Positions 49,871-62,300 of a DNA stretch of 64,000 bases are shown here, one piece after another. Below the pieces are notes generated by a model, which saw nothing but the letters and a program-made list of their open reading frames with translations, was not told the DNA's origin and ran no database searches. Position 1 is the stretch's first letter; every line of letters begins with the position of its first letter. This DNA comes from Podospora anserina (taxonomy: Eukaryota), in contig JAFMPO010000001.1 in assembly GCA_017654855.1 (NCBI GenBank), positions 124,001-188,000 of the forward strand, written 5' to 3'. A program made the position numbers and the translations under genes.

Positions 49871-50848
49871 GAACAAGGATTTTAATGGTGAAGATGTGTG
49901 TGCCTAATGCCGGGTGGTTGGATGTGGCTGCATCATTATTGTAAACTTATAGCCTTGCAGAACCACAAGATTGCTCTGCCAAGATATCATGCAAAATGTG
50001 ATATGCATATCGCGCTGCACAATACCTTCGGATATTCGGCGCCTGGTTATTTTCGGTACCGACGTATCAGAAAACCAACGCTTTCATTAATTAGTCAGAG
50101 GATGCGAGGGAGGCTTTTGTTCGAACATACACGACGCTATGAACCGGGAAATAAGGGGCTGGGGGTGATGGGCTTCGGGTAGCTGCTCGCATTCGATGGT
50201 AAGCTTGGGATCGAATTGAACCAATGTGTTCTGCGGCCACCTGGCCGGTGGCTGGTATACGGGCCTTTGAGGTGTCTTCCGTTGAGATGTCCAGCGGCGC
50301 TTCGGGACGATATGGCTTGACAGCACACCTTGGCGGATGTTGATCAGCTCAACGAGCTAAGCGCCAGCCGGACCCACTTAGTACCCCACCTTTCCCTAAA
50401 TTCAAGGCTCTGGCTCCAGCCCTCCGGAGTTACCGCTTAGTGAAGGAGGGGCTGTCATGGACAGGGGCTCCCGGTCTCAACCCATAACACACGACTTATA
50501 CGCAGCCAGCAGCCAAGTTCAGAGTGTCTTGCTTTCAAGATTAGTTCTTGCAGGGAGGCTTATCGACGATTGGGTCTTGAATCTAATATCTCCCGGTACT
50601 ATTACGTACACAGCTTACGGTTGTGGCGGCACACCTAGCAAACAAGCAACCTCCAACCTAGAATCTGATGAGGGACGGGAGTAAAGTGAGTGCACCACCT
50701 AACACTGCCATGAGGCCACTTCTGGGGATCGATTATCAGTGACTAGGGGAGGTACAACTAGGTGACGGGGCTGGAGCGAGGGATTTGCGGGAGGCCGGAA
50801 ACCGAGCTCGATTATCCCGGACAGCTCAGTTTGTCGTGAATGTATAAA

Positions 50849-50955
50849 TGTGACGGTCCCCTATCCAGAACCTCTGAAAGGGATAACAGTGGAAGGTCAC
50901 TTTTCTCGGTGCAGCCAAAAGGTCCACAACAATAGACTTGTCTCAATGTAATCAC
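50849..50955 (-). mobile_element. Truncated family-A LTR end
   Basis: TGTGACGGTCCCCTATCCAGAACCTCTGAAAGGGATAACAGTGGAAGG. Confidence 0.8.
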
Positions 50956-50964
50956 AATCCTCGT

Positions 50965-52700
50965 TCTCCTCATCAGCAGTACCATCAGCAGCTTTCTTCT
51001 TCTTTATCCACTTCTTCTTGGTGTTGTTGAGAACATTCTTGAGAATGTGAAATCTACAGATCTGTTGTTGGGTATCTGGAGAAACGGCGCTTAGTGCATT
51101 CTTAGCCTCGTCACATTTATCCGCGATGATGACGCCGGGCTAAGGGATTTCAAGCTCTTGAAGTAGCTGCTTCATGGAATCGAAGAAGAAAGTTTCCTCT
51201 CTTGCATTGTTCATGAGGCCAAAGAACATCTCGCCCAACAGCAGTATAACCACCGGCCTTCTTGCGTCTGAGACCCGCCCTGTAGTTGTAGACGTCCTTG
51301 CGGGTAACAAGCGATTCCGGCACCTGCTCCTCTATCATGAGCGTCGCCTCGCTGGCGTTGATGGCGGTTTGCTTGAAAGTACTCTTGATGATCTGTGCCT
51401 CTTCCTTGAAGATTTTACGGTGGATGAGCTGTAGGATGGGCAGTTGGAAGGCGGGTTACCGGCGAAATGCATGACGCGGTCATATCGTCCTCCAGTCCCA
51501 CAGCTAAAGGTATTTGTGTTGGGGGGAGTGGTCACAGTATCCCCATCCCCACAGTCTCCCAATCCTGCCCCACTCTGGCTCATTCATATTTTGCACCACC
51601 CAACACACGACACACGACACACGACACACGAATATTTCCGATTTTGGCCTCGAATGCATTTGTCTGCTCCGATTACCCCGCATCAAAGACAAGGGGGGAA
51701 GGCATGGGAAAATAACTCTTCATCATTTTCAACACCCTCTCCTATCACCACGAAATTCGACTTTAGCGTTTACTGCCGATTGTGTGAACGACTTTAGCGT
51801 TAACTGCCGATTGTGTGAATCAGAAGGTCAGAGCCTGCAGTATTCCAGGTTGTCACACCCATGCGAAGCGTTTTGTCAGATCTTGCTGGGCGCCGTCGGT
51901 CCCGGATCATGTGTATGCAGGTCGGCCGCGTTGAACGAGATAGTTGATACTCCCTTGGAGGTGGGGTAGATTTATCGAACCCGCCCGCTGCGCTATCAAT
52001 AACCCTTAGATACACAGCTCGGTGTAAATTTAAACAAACTCCGGCGATCAGCCCCAATAAGGTCCGATAACTGAGAAAGGCTGCCTGAAGCTATTGATGC
52101 CGAGACCATGCTCAGGCAGAATGAAGAGCGCCAGCTGTCATGACTAAGCGCTTCCAAAGCTTCAATCTCTCTCGATCCCTCCCCCCAGCGTATCGGGCCT
52201 GGTGCGAAAGGGTGTTTCCGGCTGGTTTTTGACGGGGGGGCTCTAAAAGTGGAGCTCGAGAACAGGGACTTTGACGGTGCAGGGTAGACATGGATGAGCC
52301 GGGGGCGATGCGCCTTCGCATGTGCATTTCAAGCGGCCTCCTTGTTGAGATGATCAGCACTTCACCTGATACACAGAAACAACGAGCGGCCGCTCCAGAT
52401 GCAGCCGGTGTGATTGAGCCTACAGAGATGCAAAGTGATCGATCATTTGGGCGCCTCGCCAGTGTGTAGTGGCGCTCGTAGGCCTGGGCCTTGTAGCACA
52501 CGAAATCCACCTTGGTAGGGCCAAAGTTCGGACGCTTGGCCTTGGATCTGGTACGCCGAACAGCAAATCCGGCGGTCCTTGCGCATTTTTGCAGCTCGGC
52601 TTCGGCTTCATCGATTGTATCGTAATGAGCGGTTTGGAGGTGCGGTGCCCCCCTGCGACATTGAGGTCTGTTCCTCTTCGCTTCTGAGGTCTTGTGGACC
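50965..52700 (-). mobile_element. Fragmented MULE (Mutator-like) transposase
   Basis: About 52640-52480: HYDTIDEAEAELQKCARTAGFAVRRTRSK...VDFVC (FAR1/WRKY-GCM1-like). About 51420-51250: VTRKDVYNYRAGLRR. About 51140-51000: VIIADK...KNALSAVSPDTQQQICRFHILKNV (MULE DDE CxxH). Confidence 0.7.
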
Positions 52701-53058
52701 GTGACATTGACGCCAGTAACTGCTGTTGGGCACCGGAAGGGCCAGTCCTGGGTCGAAGCCAGTACCTTGCTCGGAGAAACGGGCGGCTGCGGACGGCTGC
52801 GGGGATGTACATGGGCAACAAAGGCAACAGAGGCAACAAAGGCAAGAAAAGCAACAAAGGTAACAAAGGAGTAATGAGACGCCGGGGAAAGACTCTCAGC
52901 TGGTGGTTTTTTGTGCAGAGACTCTCCGCGGGCGCCCTCAGAGATGACGTGAGGCCTATCTGTCTGCCCATGGGTCAGAACGTGAATCTAATATGGGAGA
53001 CTCAGCGTGGGAGCCTTCCGACTGATTGTCCTGAAGTTCTGGTCCCATAGTCAAGAGG

Positions 53059-53647
53059 TGTGATGAACCCCTATCCAGAACCTCTGAAAGGGATACTGGT
53101 TGAAGGCACTTCTGAACAATCCTGGTTCGGTACAGCTAAACAGTGTACAACAATGGCTTGTCTCAATCACAATAGCTAGATACCAACGATTGTTACTTGT
53201 ATTGCATACTGCGGAACTGTCTATCTACACCAGCCAGTTCCTCCGTATATATAGACCTAGTGCCAAGCCCTGGATCATTCTATTCTTCGAGGATCATAAC
53301 TGAGTCCCAGGAATCAATCATTCATGATTTGTTGGGCTGGCGACCTAGGAAAGTCACCGGCGGCGAAAATGAGGCCAAAAAATGGCCAAAATTGGTAAGC
53401 AAATTAGTATTACAGTAGTTGGTTGTTGGTTGAAAAGAAAACAGTAAGAAAATCCAGCCCCAAGAGCAAACCGGTGTGGGTCTGGGAAAACCTGGGCCCT
53501 TTGGTGCCCCACATGATTCCTTTGTGTCCTGGATGATCCACCTCCTATTGGTCCATCCTTCTTCCTTCTGATTGGTTCTGCAAGCAATTGGCTGTGCGTC
53601 TTGTGCCCCGCACACAGTCTGTCCTGCCTGCTGGCTTAACTGTGACA
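53059..53647 (-). mobile_element. Family-A solo LTR (long variant)
   Basis: TGTGATGAACCCC...GGCTTAACTGTGACA; flanks AGAGG and CCCGG do not match. Confidence 0.85.
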
Positions 53648-54195
53648 CCCGGCCTCCTGGCAAGTGCGCGCGTTATGGCCAGGCTTGCCGCACACACCAC
53701 AGCACCGAACCCTCGCACGCTCTCCCCCTGCATTACTACTATCCAGCTGCGTTTCTTGCACTCCTCCCCATCCACGGCCTTCTGATCCAATAGATCCTGT
53801 GCCTCTTGTACAGTAAGTGACCCTCCAAGCCGTACGTGTGTTTTTTTGGCTCTCCGGCGCTTACTTAGTGCCTCATTGGCCTTACGGAGCGACGAGACCT
53901 CTGCACGAAGGAGAGCCACCTGGTGCATTATAGCCGTTGTACCTTTAGCAAGCTAGTCTACCGCAGCTAACATTGAAGTCGGGGAGCTATCTTGATGGTT
54001 AGCAATGCGAGTCTTGATGAGCGTTGACTGTGAGTTGGCTTCTCGAGGGTTGTGTGGTGTTTGGGAGACCCAAGGTTGTGCAGTGCCGGGCCGTGAGTTG
54101 GAGGTGTTGGCGTACGAAGCTTCACATCTAGCTTTAAAAGCACCCTCTCTGGATCGTACGGTATAAGGCCAGCACCCGCAAAGCCACCCTGTATA
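53648..54195 (-). mobile_element. Fot1/pogo transposase C-terminal fragment
   Basis: IQGGFAGAGLIPYDPERVL, LRTPTPP, LRKANEALSKRRRAKK, GGSLT and a CCHC knuckle CGVCGKPGHNARTC. Confidence 0.85.
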
Positions 54196-54459
54196 TGTCG
54201 CGGCGGCTGCACCGTGACCGTCGTTGATCCACTGATGGAGCTTGGCACGTGCAGAGCACGAGCCAATGCGACTAGAAAGATTTTGCATCTCGCTGCCGCG
54301 AGACCTGTTTGTAGCTCTTTGAGCTACGTCTTGACAATAGAGCCTGCCCGTACCTGACGGAATAGAGCCCAGACCGCAGCTTAGCTGAATACTACTGTCA
54401 TTAACCTGTCAACCTGTGCTACCCGTGACATACATAAACATTCAAACGTCTCCCAAAAG

Positions 54460-55350
54460 ATGGCGCCTCCAACCTTTCCCCCGGTTCCCAGGTCGCTCTT
54501 CTATCCGCGCCGGCCCAAAACGCGCGATAACGAAACCGCCTTCCGCCTCGAGGCCCTTGGAGCTAGCCGCCACACGACCTACGCCCAGCACCTGTGGGGA
54601 TTCACCATCCTACGGACAGTCTACACGCCCGAATCGGACGCTCTATTCCCCATCGCCATGCGACGGCTGGACGCGTGGGCACGCTATAGCCCCCACCAGG
54701 GCAGATTCCCGAAATATGGACAGGCGTATGAAAGCAAGGCCGTGACCGACGGGGAGCCCAACGAGGAATTGGCAAAGAGGTTCTATTGCGACGTGATAGA
54801 GGACAAGGACAGGCTTGCGGGGACTCAATCGGACGCCGAGGGTTTCGCTAAGCTCAGGGACTACTTCCGGGAGTGGTTGGTTAGCGTGGGCGTGCAGCCA
54901 GACCTTCCGCCGAATTATAACGACGACGACGACGACGACGACGACGACACCGACGATCCAGATCTTGATCCCGCCCTTGAGCCCAACGAGAGCCATGACG
55001 ACCCGAGATTTCGCAGTGTCCTTGTGGTTGACGAGGAGTGCTTGCGTTCGCTGATTGAGGAACTAGCTGATGAGACGCCCCCGCTGAGGACGGCAGTGGA
55101 TAGAGAAGAATGGCTCAAGTACCTGCGCATGGGTAAGAAAGCGTGGCTTTGGATGCTGGATACGGGGTATATGACTCGAGACGAGAGTCAATTTTCTCCT
55201 CCTGGATTTCGAGGCTGGTTCAGGCTCGGTCCCACGGAGCTTCTCTGGGCCTGGTACGAATGGAAGAGTTACCTGCATCGCCAATCCGATCCTTCCTGGA
55301 AGGTTCAAGAAAAAGATGGGGTTCCGGGCGTCTGGTGGTATGATTACTGA
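54460..55350 (+). CDS. Intact hypothetical fungal protein with a poly-Asp tract
   Basis: 296-aa ORF with WGFTILRTVY and VLVVDEECL; contains a (GAC)n microsatellite. Confidence 0.75.
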   Translation: MAPPTFPPVPRSLFYPRRPKTRDNETAFRLEALGASRHTTYAQHLWGFTILRTVYTPESDALFPIAMRRLDAWARYSPHQGRFPKYGQAYESKAVTDGEPNEELAKRFYCDVIEDKDRLAGTQSDAEGFAKLRDYFREWLVSVGVQPDLPPNYNDDDDDDDDDTDDPDLDPALEPNESHDDPRFRSVLVVDEECLRSLIEELADETPPLRTAVDREEWLKYLRMGKKAWLWMLDTGYMTRDESQFSPPGFRGWFRLGPTELLWAWYEWKSYLHRQSDPSWKVQEKDGVPGVWWYDY

Positions 55351-55915
55351 GACGAACGTTAGCAGCAGCAGCAGTATGGTGGATGAAAAATCAATATGTT
55401 ATGCACCGACCAATCTTGGAATCCGGCCAACTCGACGACGCTCCGCAATCTGAGCGAGGTCGCCGGATTTGTGCCCTAGCCCCGGTATCAAATCCCGGCC
55501 CGGCGCGAGAAGCTCCCGACCGGCGTCGCGTCCCTCAATATATGGGCCACCTCTGTACATCGATCAAACCTTATACCAAAGAAAGTAAATTGTTAGCTAC
55601 AAGACTGTTGCAGGAGACCACGTGGCTACGTAGCTTCCATTTTCCACACAGCCTACCGTCCCTGAGATTTCCTCTCCCGAACAACTCGAGATCGGGTTGG
55701 TTGGCTTAACGTGCCAGGTGTCCGTGATATTTTAATAGCTTTGGAGCCGGAAATGGATATCGATTAAACTAGTGATAGATAGCCCTTAACCTTAGGAAAT
55801 TATACTCGCTATGCAGTCAAAAGTGTGATGGATAGGACTGGTTGATAGGTTGATAGGTTGATAGGTTGATGATAGTAGTTTTTAGCTAAGTAATAATCTG
55901 GGTGTCACGGGAGAG

Positions 55916-56301
55916 TGTCACAGTTAAGCCAAACAGGCAGGACGGACCGTGTGCGGGGCACAAGACGCACAGCCAATCGCTAGCAGGACCAATCAGGACA
56001 AGGATACGCGATTATGGACAGCAGACTGGGAAGACACAGTGATCGCGGCAACACAACCAATAGGGAGCCACGGAGGATCATAGCGATCATTATGATCATT
56101 GGGAACGAGCGGAATAATCACTATGATCAGGGCTTGGCACGAGGTCTATATATACGGAGGAACTGGCTGGTGTAGATAGATAGTTCCGCAGTATACAATT
56201 CAAGCTTATATTTACGGTATTTAATATTTATATTAAAACATCTTATCGTATATTGTTTAGCTGCACCGAACTAATTGTTAAAAGTTACCTTCAACCAGTA
56301 T
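55916..56301 (+). mobile_element. Family-A LTR interrupted by a second retroelement
   Basis: The start TGTCACAGTTAAGCC is the reverse complement of the end of the 53059 copy. It breaks off at CCTTCAACCAGTAT, before the normal terminus. Confidence 0.85.
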
Positions 56302-59300
56302 TGAAATGGTGAGAAAACACACAAACCAACCACAACACCACAAATATAACCTCAACAGGTTTTTCTAAATGAATCCACCTGCGTGACAGTGACTCGCTCG
56401 CAGGCCGCACTTCACGTAGGACAAAGAAAAGACACTATGGGCTCGCAGGCCACATAATAAACACCGGATTGGCCTGATCAGAGGGCCAGAATTGCCTGCA
56501 CGCGTGCAAGGCACAAAATACGAAGAAATAAAAGTCGATGTCCTGTCTAAAATAGAATGCCCGAAGCAGACCGCTTATATACATGACCCCTGAACCCCCG
56601 AATCCTCCGAGAGCCCCACCTCCTTACTCAAACCCTTAGGCCTATGACCGCACCCCAAACTAAACCTCCCTTCGCATTTGACCACTACAAACCAGTGGGC
56701 AAATGCGTACACAAGAAAAAAAACATCCCTTCCAAGCGAAAAGAAAACATCATTCAGCAAAAATAAGAGAAAATAATATAATCCTGCCATTCCTTCATCC
56801 ATTCTCCTTTAATCAGAGAGAGGAGTACCCTCACTTCTCGGATCTTAGAGCATACCTCCGTCCCTGTCGAGCCATTACAACCGGTAACCTAACGACCTCC
56901 TCCCTTCGTCTCTAAGGAACTCCAGGAGCCCACTCCCATCCCATAAAACCAGGTGTATAATCAGGCGAAAGGTGTGTTGTTGGCGATCCTGAGTGGTTAT
57001 AAGTAGGGGGCCGGGCAATAACTGGCCCAGAGAGAAGCGGCGAGTCCATCGTCACAGGAGTACGGAGCCCAAAAGGGGTTACCACCCTACTTAGTCGTTA
57101 AGAGTCGCTCGATACGCTATATAGTCCAAACTTTTTATAATTAGAGGGAAGATCTATTATATATTTATCTCCTTTAATAATAGTAACTAAAGCTAACGGA
57201 GAACTAGGGAGGGAAGTAAACTAGGGAATTAGTGGAGACTTAAAAGGAGACGAGAGGGTGCTTGGTAAGTTAAATCCTTCCGCGTCTATCAAGTCCTCCA
57301 GGCCCCTCCTCCTCCATTTCTTATCACGCACCCTCTAATTAGGCTTATAACCTAAAAACCTTTTTATATAAGCTATCCATAACCTTATTATTTTCTTCCC
57401 CGTAATATTTACGGTTTTATAGTTTTTATAATAACGATCTCCTCTTTAAGCCTTTACTACCGTTAAATCCTTTTTTTTACCGTACGAAATACCTCCCTAA
57501 AAATAAGTATAGTAATATTTTAAAACCTAAAAACTATATTCCTACGCCTTACCTTATTTACTATAAACTAACCTCCTTACTTTTACGTTAAGGCTATAGT
57601 AAAAAGCGTAACGAATATAAAATACTAAATAAAAAATAGTATTAGCTTAATACTTTTTTTAATCCTTCGACGAGTTTATATAAACTAAAATATTAATAGT
57701 AACGTTATAAATATTTATTACTTAATAATTTTTATTATTAATATAAATAAGGAGGATTTAGTATCGTCGGTTAAAAATATTATAATTATCGTTAAATAAA
57801 AAAAAATGTATTAACGACTTTATTATAATAAGGTTTAAAGGCTTTTTAGGGATCTATATATAACGCTCGAAGATTTTTTAAAGAGAATACCGAAAAACGT
57901 AAGTAAGGACCGAGCTAATAAACTACTACTTAATTTTTAATTAACCTTAAAGGTTATATATAACGTAAGTAAAGGAAGCTATATAAATATTATAAATATA
58001 AATCCGATTAAGGGGGGTCGTTATTTTTAAATTAAGAAAAAAATATTTAATAGTATTAATCGAAAACTACTTTATAAAAGTAATATTAATTTAGTCGGGC
58101 TACCTTTCTATAATATAATTTCTTAGGTCGGTAATTAAATTAAAGTTAAAACGAATAAGTTAAAAAGTATTATTACTTTAAAGAAGGAAAATATCGTGCG
58201 GAGGATTAAAGTTATAGACCCTATTAATACTTTAAAGGCGCGCTTTCCGAATAATCTTTTTAATAAAATTATTAGGAGGACCGAATTTCTTAATAATAAT
58301 AAATTCTTTTTATAATATATTATAAATAAACTTTATAAAAAGCGTTAATAATATTATTTTATAAGAATTAAGAGGGAGTAATATATAGTATAATTTATAA
58401 TTAAAGGGTTATTGAAAGGGAAGTAAAGAATTTTTTTAGAATAAAAAATTAAAAAGGGAAGAAGGTTTTCGGTAAGTCTTTATTCTTTATTATTTATTTA
58501 GTTTATAAAGTAAAATTATTAAATAATTACGTAAGCCGTTTAAAGAGGAAAGAGCGTTCTAATAAATCTCCCTCCTATAAAGGTTTATAAAACTAATCGT
58601 ACCGTCCTATCCTTTAATTATAAATACCTATACTAATTCTCCTTATTCCCGCTTACTCCTTATTTTTTTTAATATTTATTAACCGCTTCCTCCTAATAAC
58701 CTTTTTTTTAAAAAAACCTATTATTTCGTTTAATTAAATAATCGACGACTTTACTATCTAAATATTTATAACCTCTTTCGCTAAAAAACTTCCTAATTAA
58801 ATCGAGGGAGTTTTTAACTTTATTATATACGATTAATCCGAGGTCGCTATAAACCCTATTTAAAAGCCTTTACTTATTACCCTTATTTATTATCCTACCG
58901 ATTTTACCCGTACTCCTAATAATTAAAATATTATTTATAAAAAGTATATCTAGATTCGGTATCCTACTTACGTTTACGATTCTATTATATTTAAAAGTAT
59001 TAATATTTATTATAATATTTTTCTCCCCTATTAAACTATTCTTTAATACCTTAAAATTTCCCCTCTAAATCCTAAATACGTAACTACTCCCCTCTACCTT
59101 AAATAATTCCTCCCTAATCCGGCGAAAAAGGAAGGTAAAAAAGAATAGTAATTACTTTTTAAAGATATTAGTACGGATAAAATTATTATTAATTATATTT
59201 TTAAAGTATTATCGACCGGTTCCGTTAAACAGATTTTTATTAAATAGTTTAATAAATAATTTTTTAGGTATTAACTCTTCGAAATTATTAAACGGGTTTA

Positions 59301-62300
59301 TTACTTTAAAAATTTATTTATTTAAATTACTAAATTATTATAAATATTGCCCCCCTAATTAAACTTAATTTAATATTAATATATTAGATTTAATTATATT
59401 AATTTATATAATAAATATAATTAAAATTATTATTAATTTTTTATAACGTTCCCCGATAGGACCAAAACTAAAGTAATATAATTATACTTCGGTTATATAA
59501 GAAGAAAGGACTTCGATTAAAAATATAGGAATTACTAATATAAAGATATTTATTACTTATAATCTAATATTAATAAAAATAACCTTTACTTTAAGGATCT
59601 TAATAATAATAAATTATCGAAATTAAATTATAGTACCGTAAATTTAATTTTTAATAATAAGGAAGTCAATTAGGATTAAGAGTAAGAAAAATAGCGGGCT
59701 AAGTATAAAAAGCTTAAAAAATAGTAAATAAATAAGAAAAAAGAAAAAAAAAAAAAAAAAAATAGTCTTTTACTTTTTTAGATTAGAGGAAAGGGTATAA
59801 AAAAAAAAGTAAATCGGAAAAAAAAATAATAAAAAAAAAAAAAAAAAAATTAAAAATTTAATATAATAATCTTTACTTTAATTAATTACTTCCCTTAATA
59901 TCTTTCTTTCCTTTAAAAATAAATAGCTCCTATAACTTTATTTTTATAATATAAATTTTAATACCCTTTTAAAGAAAAATAATAATTATAATACTTTCAT
60001 TATCGTTTCTCCTTAATTACTTAAAAAGTCCTTTAATCTACCCTTCTTTAGGATTACCTTTATACTTTTGCCCTTCTTAAATCTCTTTTATACTTTAATA
60101 TTTTTCCGTTCTATTTAAATTTTCCCCCTAATTATTATTTTCCCTAATATTTCTTCTACTATCTCTTTTTCTTTATCCTTATTTTCTATTATATCTACAC
60201 CTTCCTTTACTCTATTCCTAGGCACCTACTTAACTTTCTTTAATCCTAACTATATATCTATATCCTTTTTATTTATATATATATTTTTTAACTTAAAAAA
60301 TTTCTTTACCCTATTTAACGTATAAAAAGTTTATAATAATATTTTATTTAATATTTTTAGAAAGTAATAAGTATTATTTAGTTCGACCTTCCTTACTTTA
60401 AAAGAGCTGTCCTAGCGATACTATAATTTCCTTATTATACTTATATTTAATTTTTTATTTATTTTATATATTAATATTAAGTCCCCCCTTTTAATTATAC
60501 TATTCTTAAGCTTAATACTATAAATCTTTTTTTTATTTTTTTTTACTACGGCTTTCTATTTTACTATACTAACCCTCTTAACTACTAAAGTCAGATTTAT
60601 CTTCTAGGATTTTAATAGTCTCGCCCTTACCTCTATTAAATCTATAATCGCTCTCTCTTTCTAGTATCTCCCTAATCTATCGAAGCTAATTTTTTTTTAT
60701 TAAACGACTCTCTATAACGGTATATCTTTTTCGATCGGTGTAATAGGGTTAAATCTATATATTAAATAAAAAGTACTATACTTATAAATACCTCGTATTA
60801 TAATTCTATTAATAAATAATATATAAAGGAGCCACTACTTTTACTTTTTTCCCGTCCTATCTATTATTTTTATTAATATCGATATAATTAAAATATAATT
60901 AAACTCCGTTACTCTATTTACTTTTATATTATAAAGTAAAATTACTATCCGAAAAACTTTTAACTTTTTTAAAATCTTAACCGCTTCCTTTTTAAATTCC
61001 GATCCTCCGTCCACTATTACGATTAAAGGGTAACTTTATTTAAGGATAATATTGTATAAAATAAAGTTTTTAACCCTAAAAGCCTTACTTAAGTTTAAAA
61101 CCTTCGTTTCTAGATACTTAATTAAATTATCCTTTACCTTTAGAAGGTAAACTTTTTTTCCGGAAACCGTTAGTAAAAATTAAATATTTAAATACTATTT
61201 CGTAAATAAGGTAACTAAAGGTTTAATATATAAATATTAATCCTTTTAACGCTTCGGGCTCTACTATTAATATTACTTATATATCTTAATTTAAGCTTTA
61301 ATATTAACGTATATACCTTTCTAATAATAGTTTTTTATTATTCGGGCGTAGGTAGCTTTTCGTCCTTTATAACCTATTTTATTATAATACGTATTAAAAA
61401 TTTTTTCTCGCTTAATTAAAAAATCAATAATTCTTTTAAGGGGAAAACCTTTTTTATTTAATTTAAAGAATAAAACTTTATCTTCGAAAATTATTTTTAA
61501 AATATTATTTTTAATAATTTAAACGTTAAACTTTATCCTAGCCTTTAGTTCTATATTAGTCGCGAGGAACTTAGTAATAGTATAGGAATAAGGAAATTAT
61601 AATCCGTTTAAGTAGGGGCCTTACTTAATAATTTCTTTTTTTTTTTTTTTAATATTTACCCGCTAAATATTTATTTTTTAAATATTATTTTTTTAGATCC
61701 TTACGTTAACCTTATTATTTATATCTAGTTCTAACTCCTTCTTCTTTAAATTAAAGGGGCTAAATAGCTTTCTCGATAGTACGTTTACTATAAGGTTCTT
61801 ACTTCTAGGAATATAAATAATAATAAAGTCGAAAAGTTTAATCTATCCTAACTATTTTATTATTAAAGCGCTAGGAACGTTACTAGCCGCCCTTTAAACT
61901 TAATAGATTACTACTTAAGTATCCGTTTCTACCGTAAAATATACCCCGAAAAAATACCTTTTAAATTTCCTTAAAATATATAACAATCCCCTTAACTCTC
62001 TCTTAATAGCATTATACCTCTATTTAGCCGGGCTCTAAATACTACTCTTAAACTAATAAAGGTACCGTTTTTTATTAAGTTCTACTTATTTAATTACCGT
62101 TCCTTACCCCGTTAAACTTATATTAAAAATAATAAAAATTTTACCGAAATAATTATTATTAAACGTTAAAAAAACTAAATATAATATTTTTATAATTAAA
62201 AAAGTAAGTTACGTTATTATACCCTATTAAACTTTTATTTATTTTTATTTCGTATCCTTCCTTATTAAGAAATATAGCGGAACTATAATTAAATTAAAGA

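Noticed and set aside
51759-51819. Tandem ~31-bp duplication CGACTTTAGCGTT.ACTGCCGATTGTGTGAA
   Set aside because: Only two copies, inside TE debris, with no further structure.
52420-53050. ORFs with LLP/GNK repeats
   Set aside because: They arise from a 9-bp GGCAACAAA minisatellite; the meaningful frame nearby is the MULE fragment.
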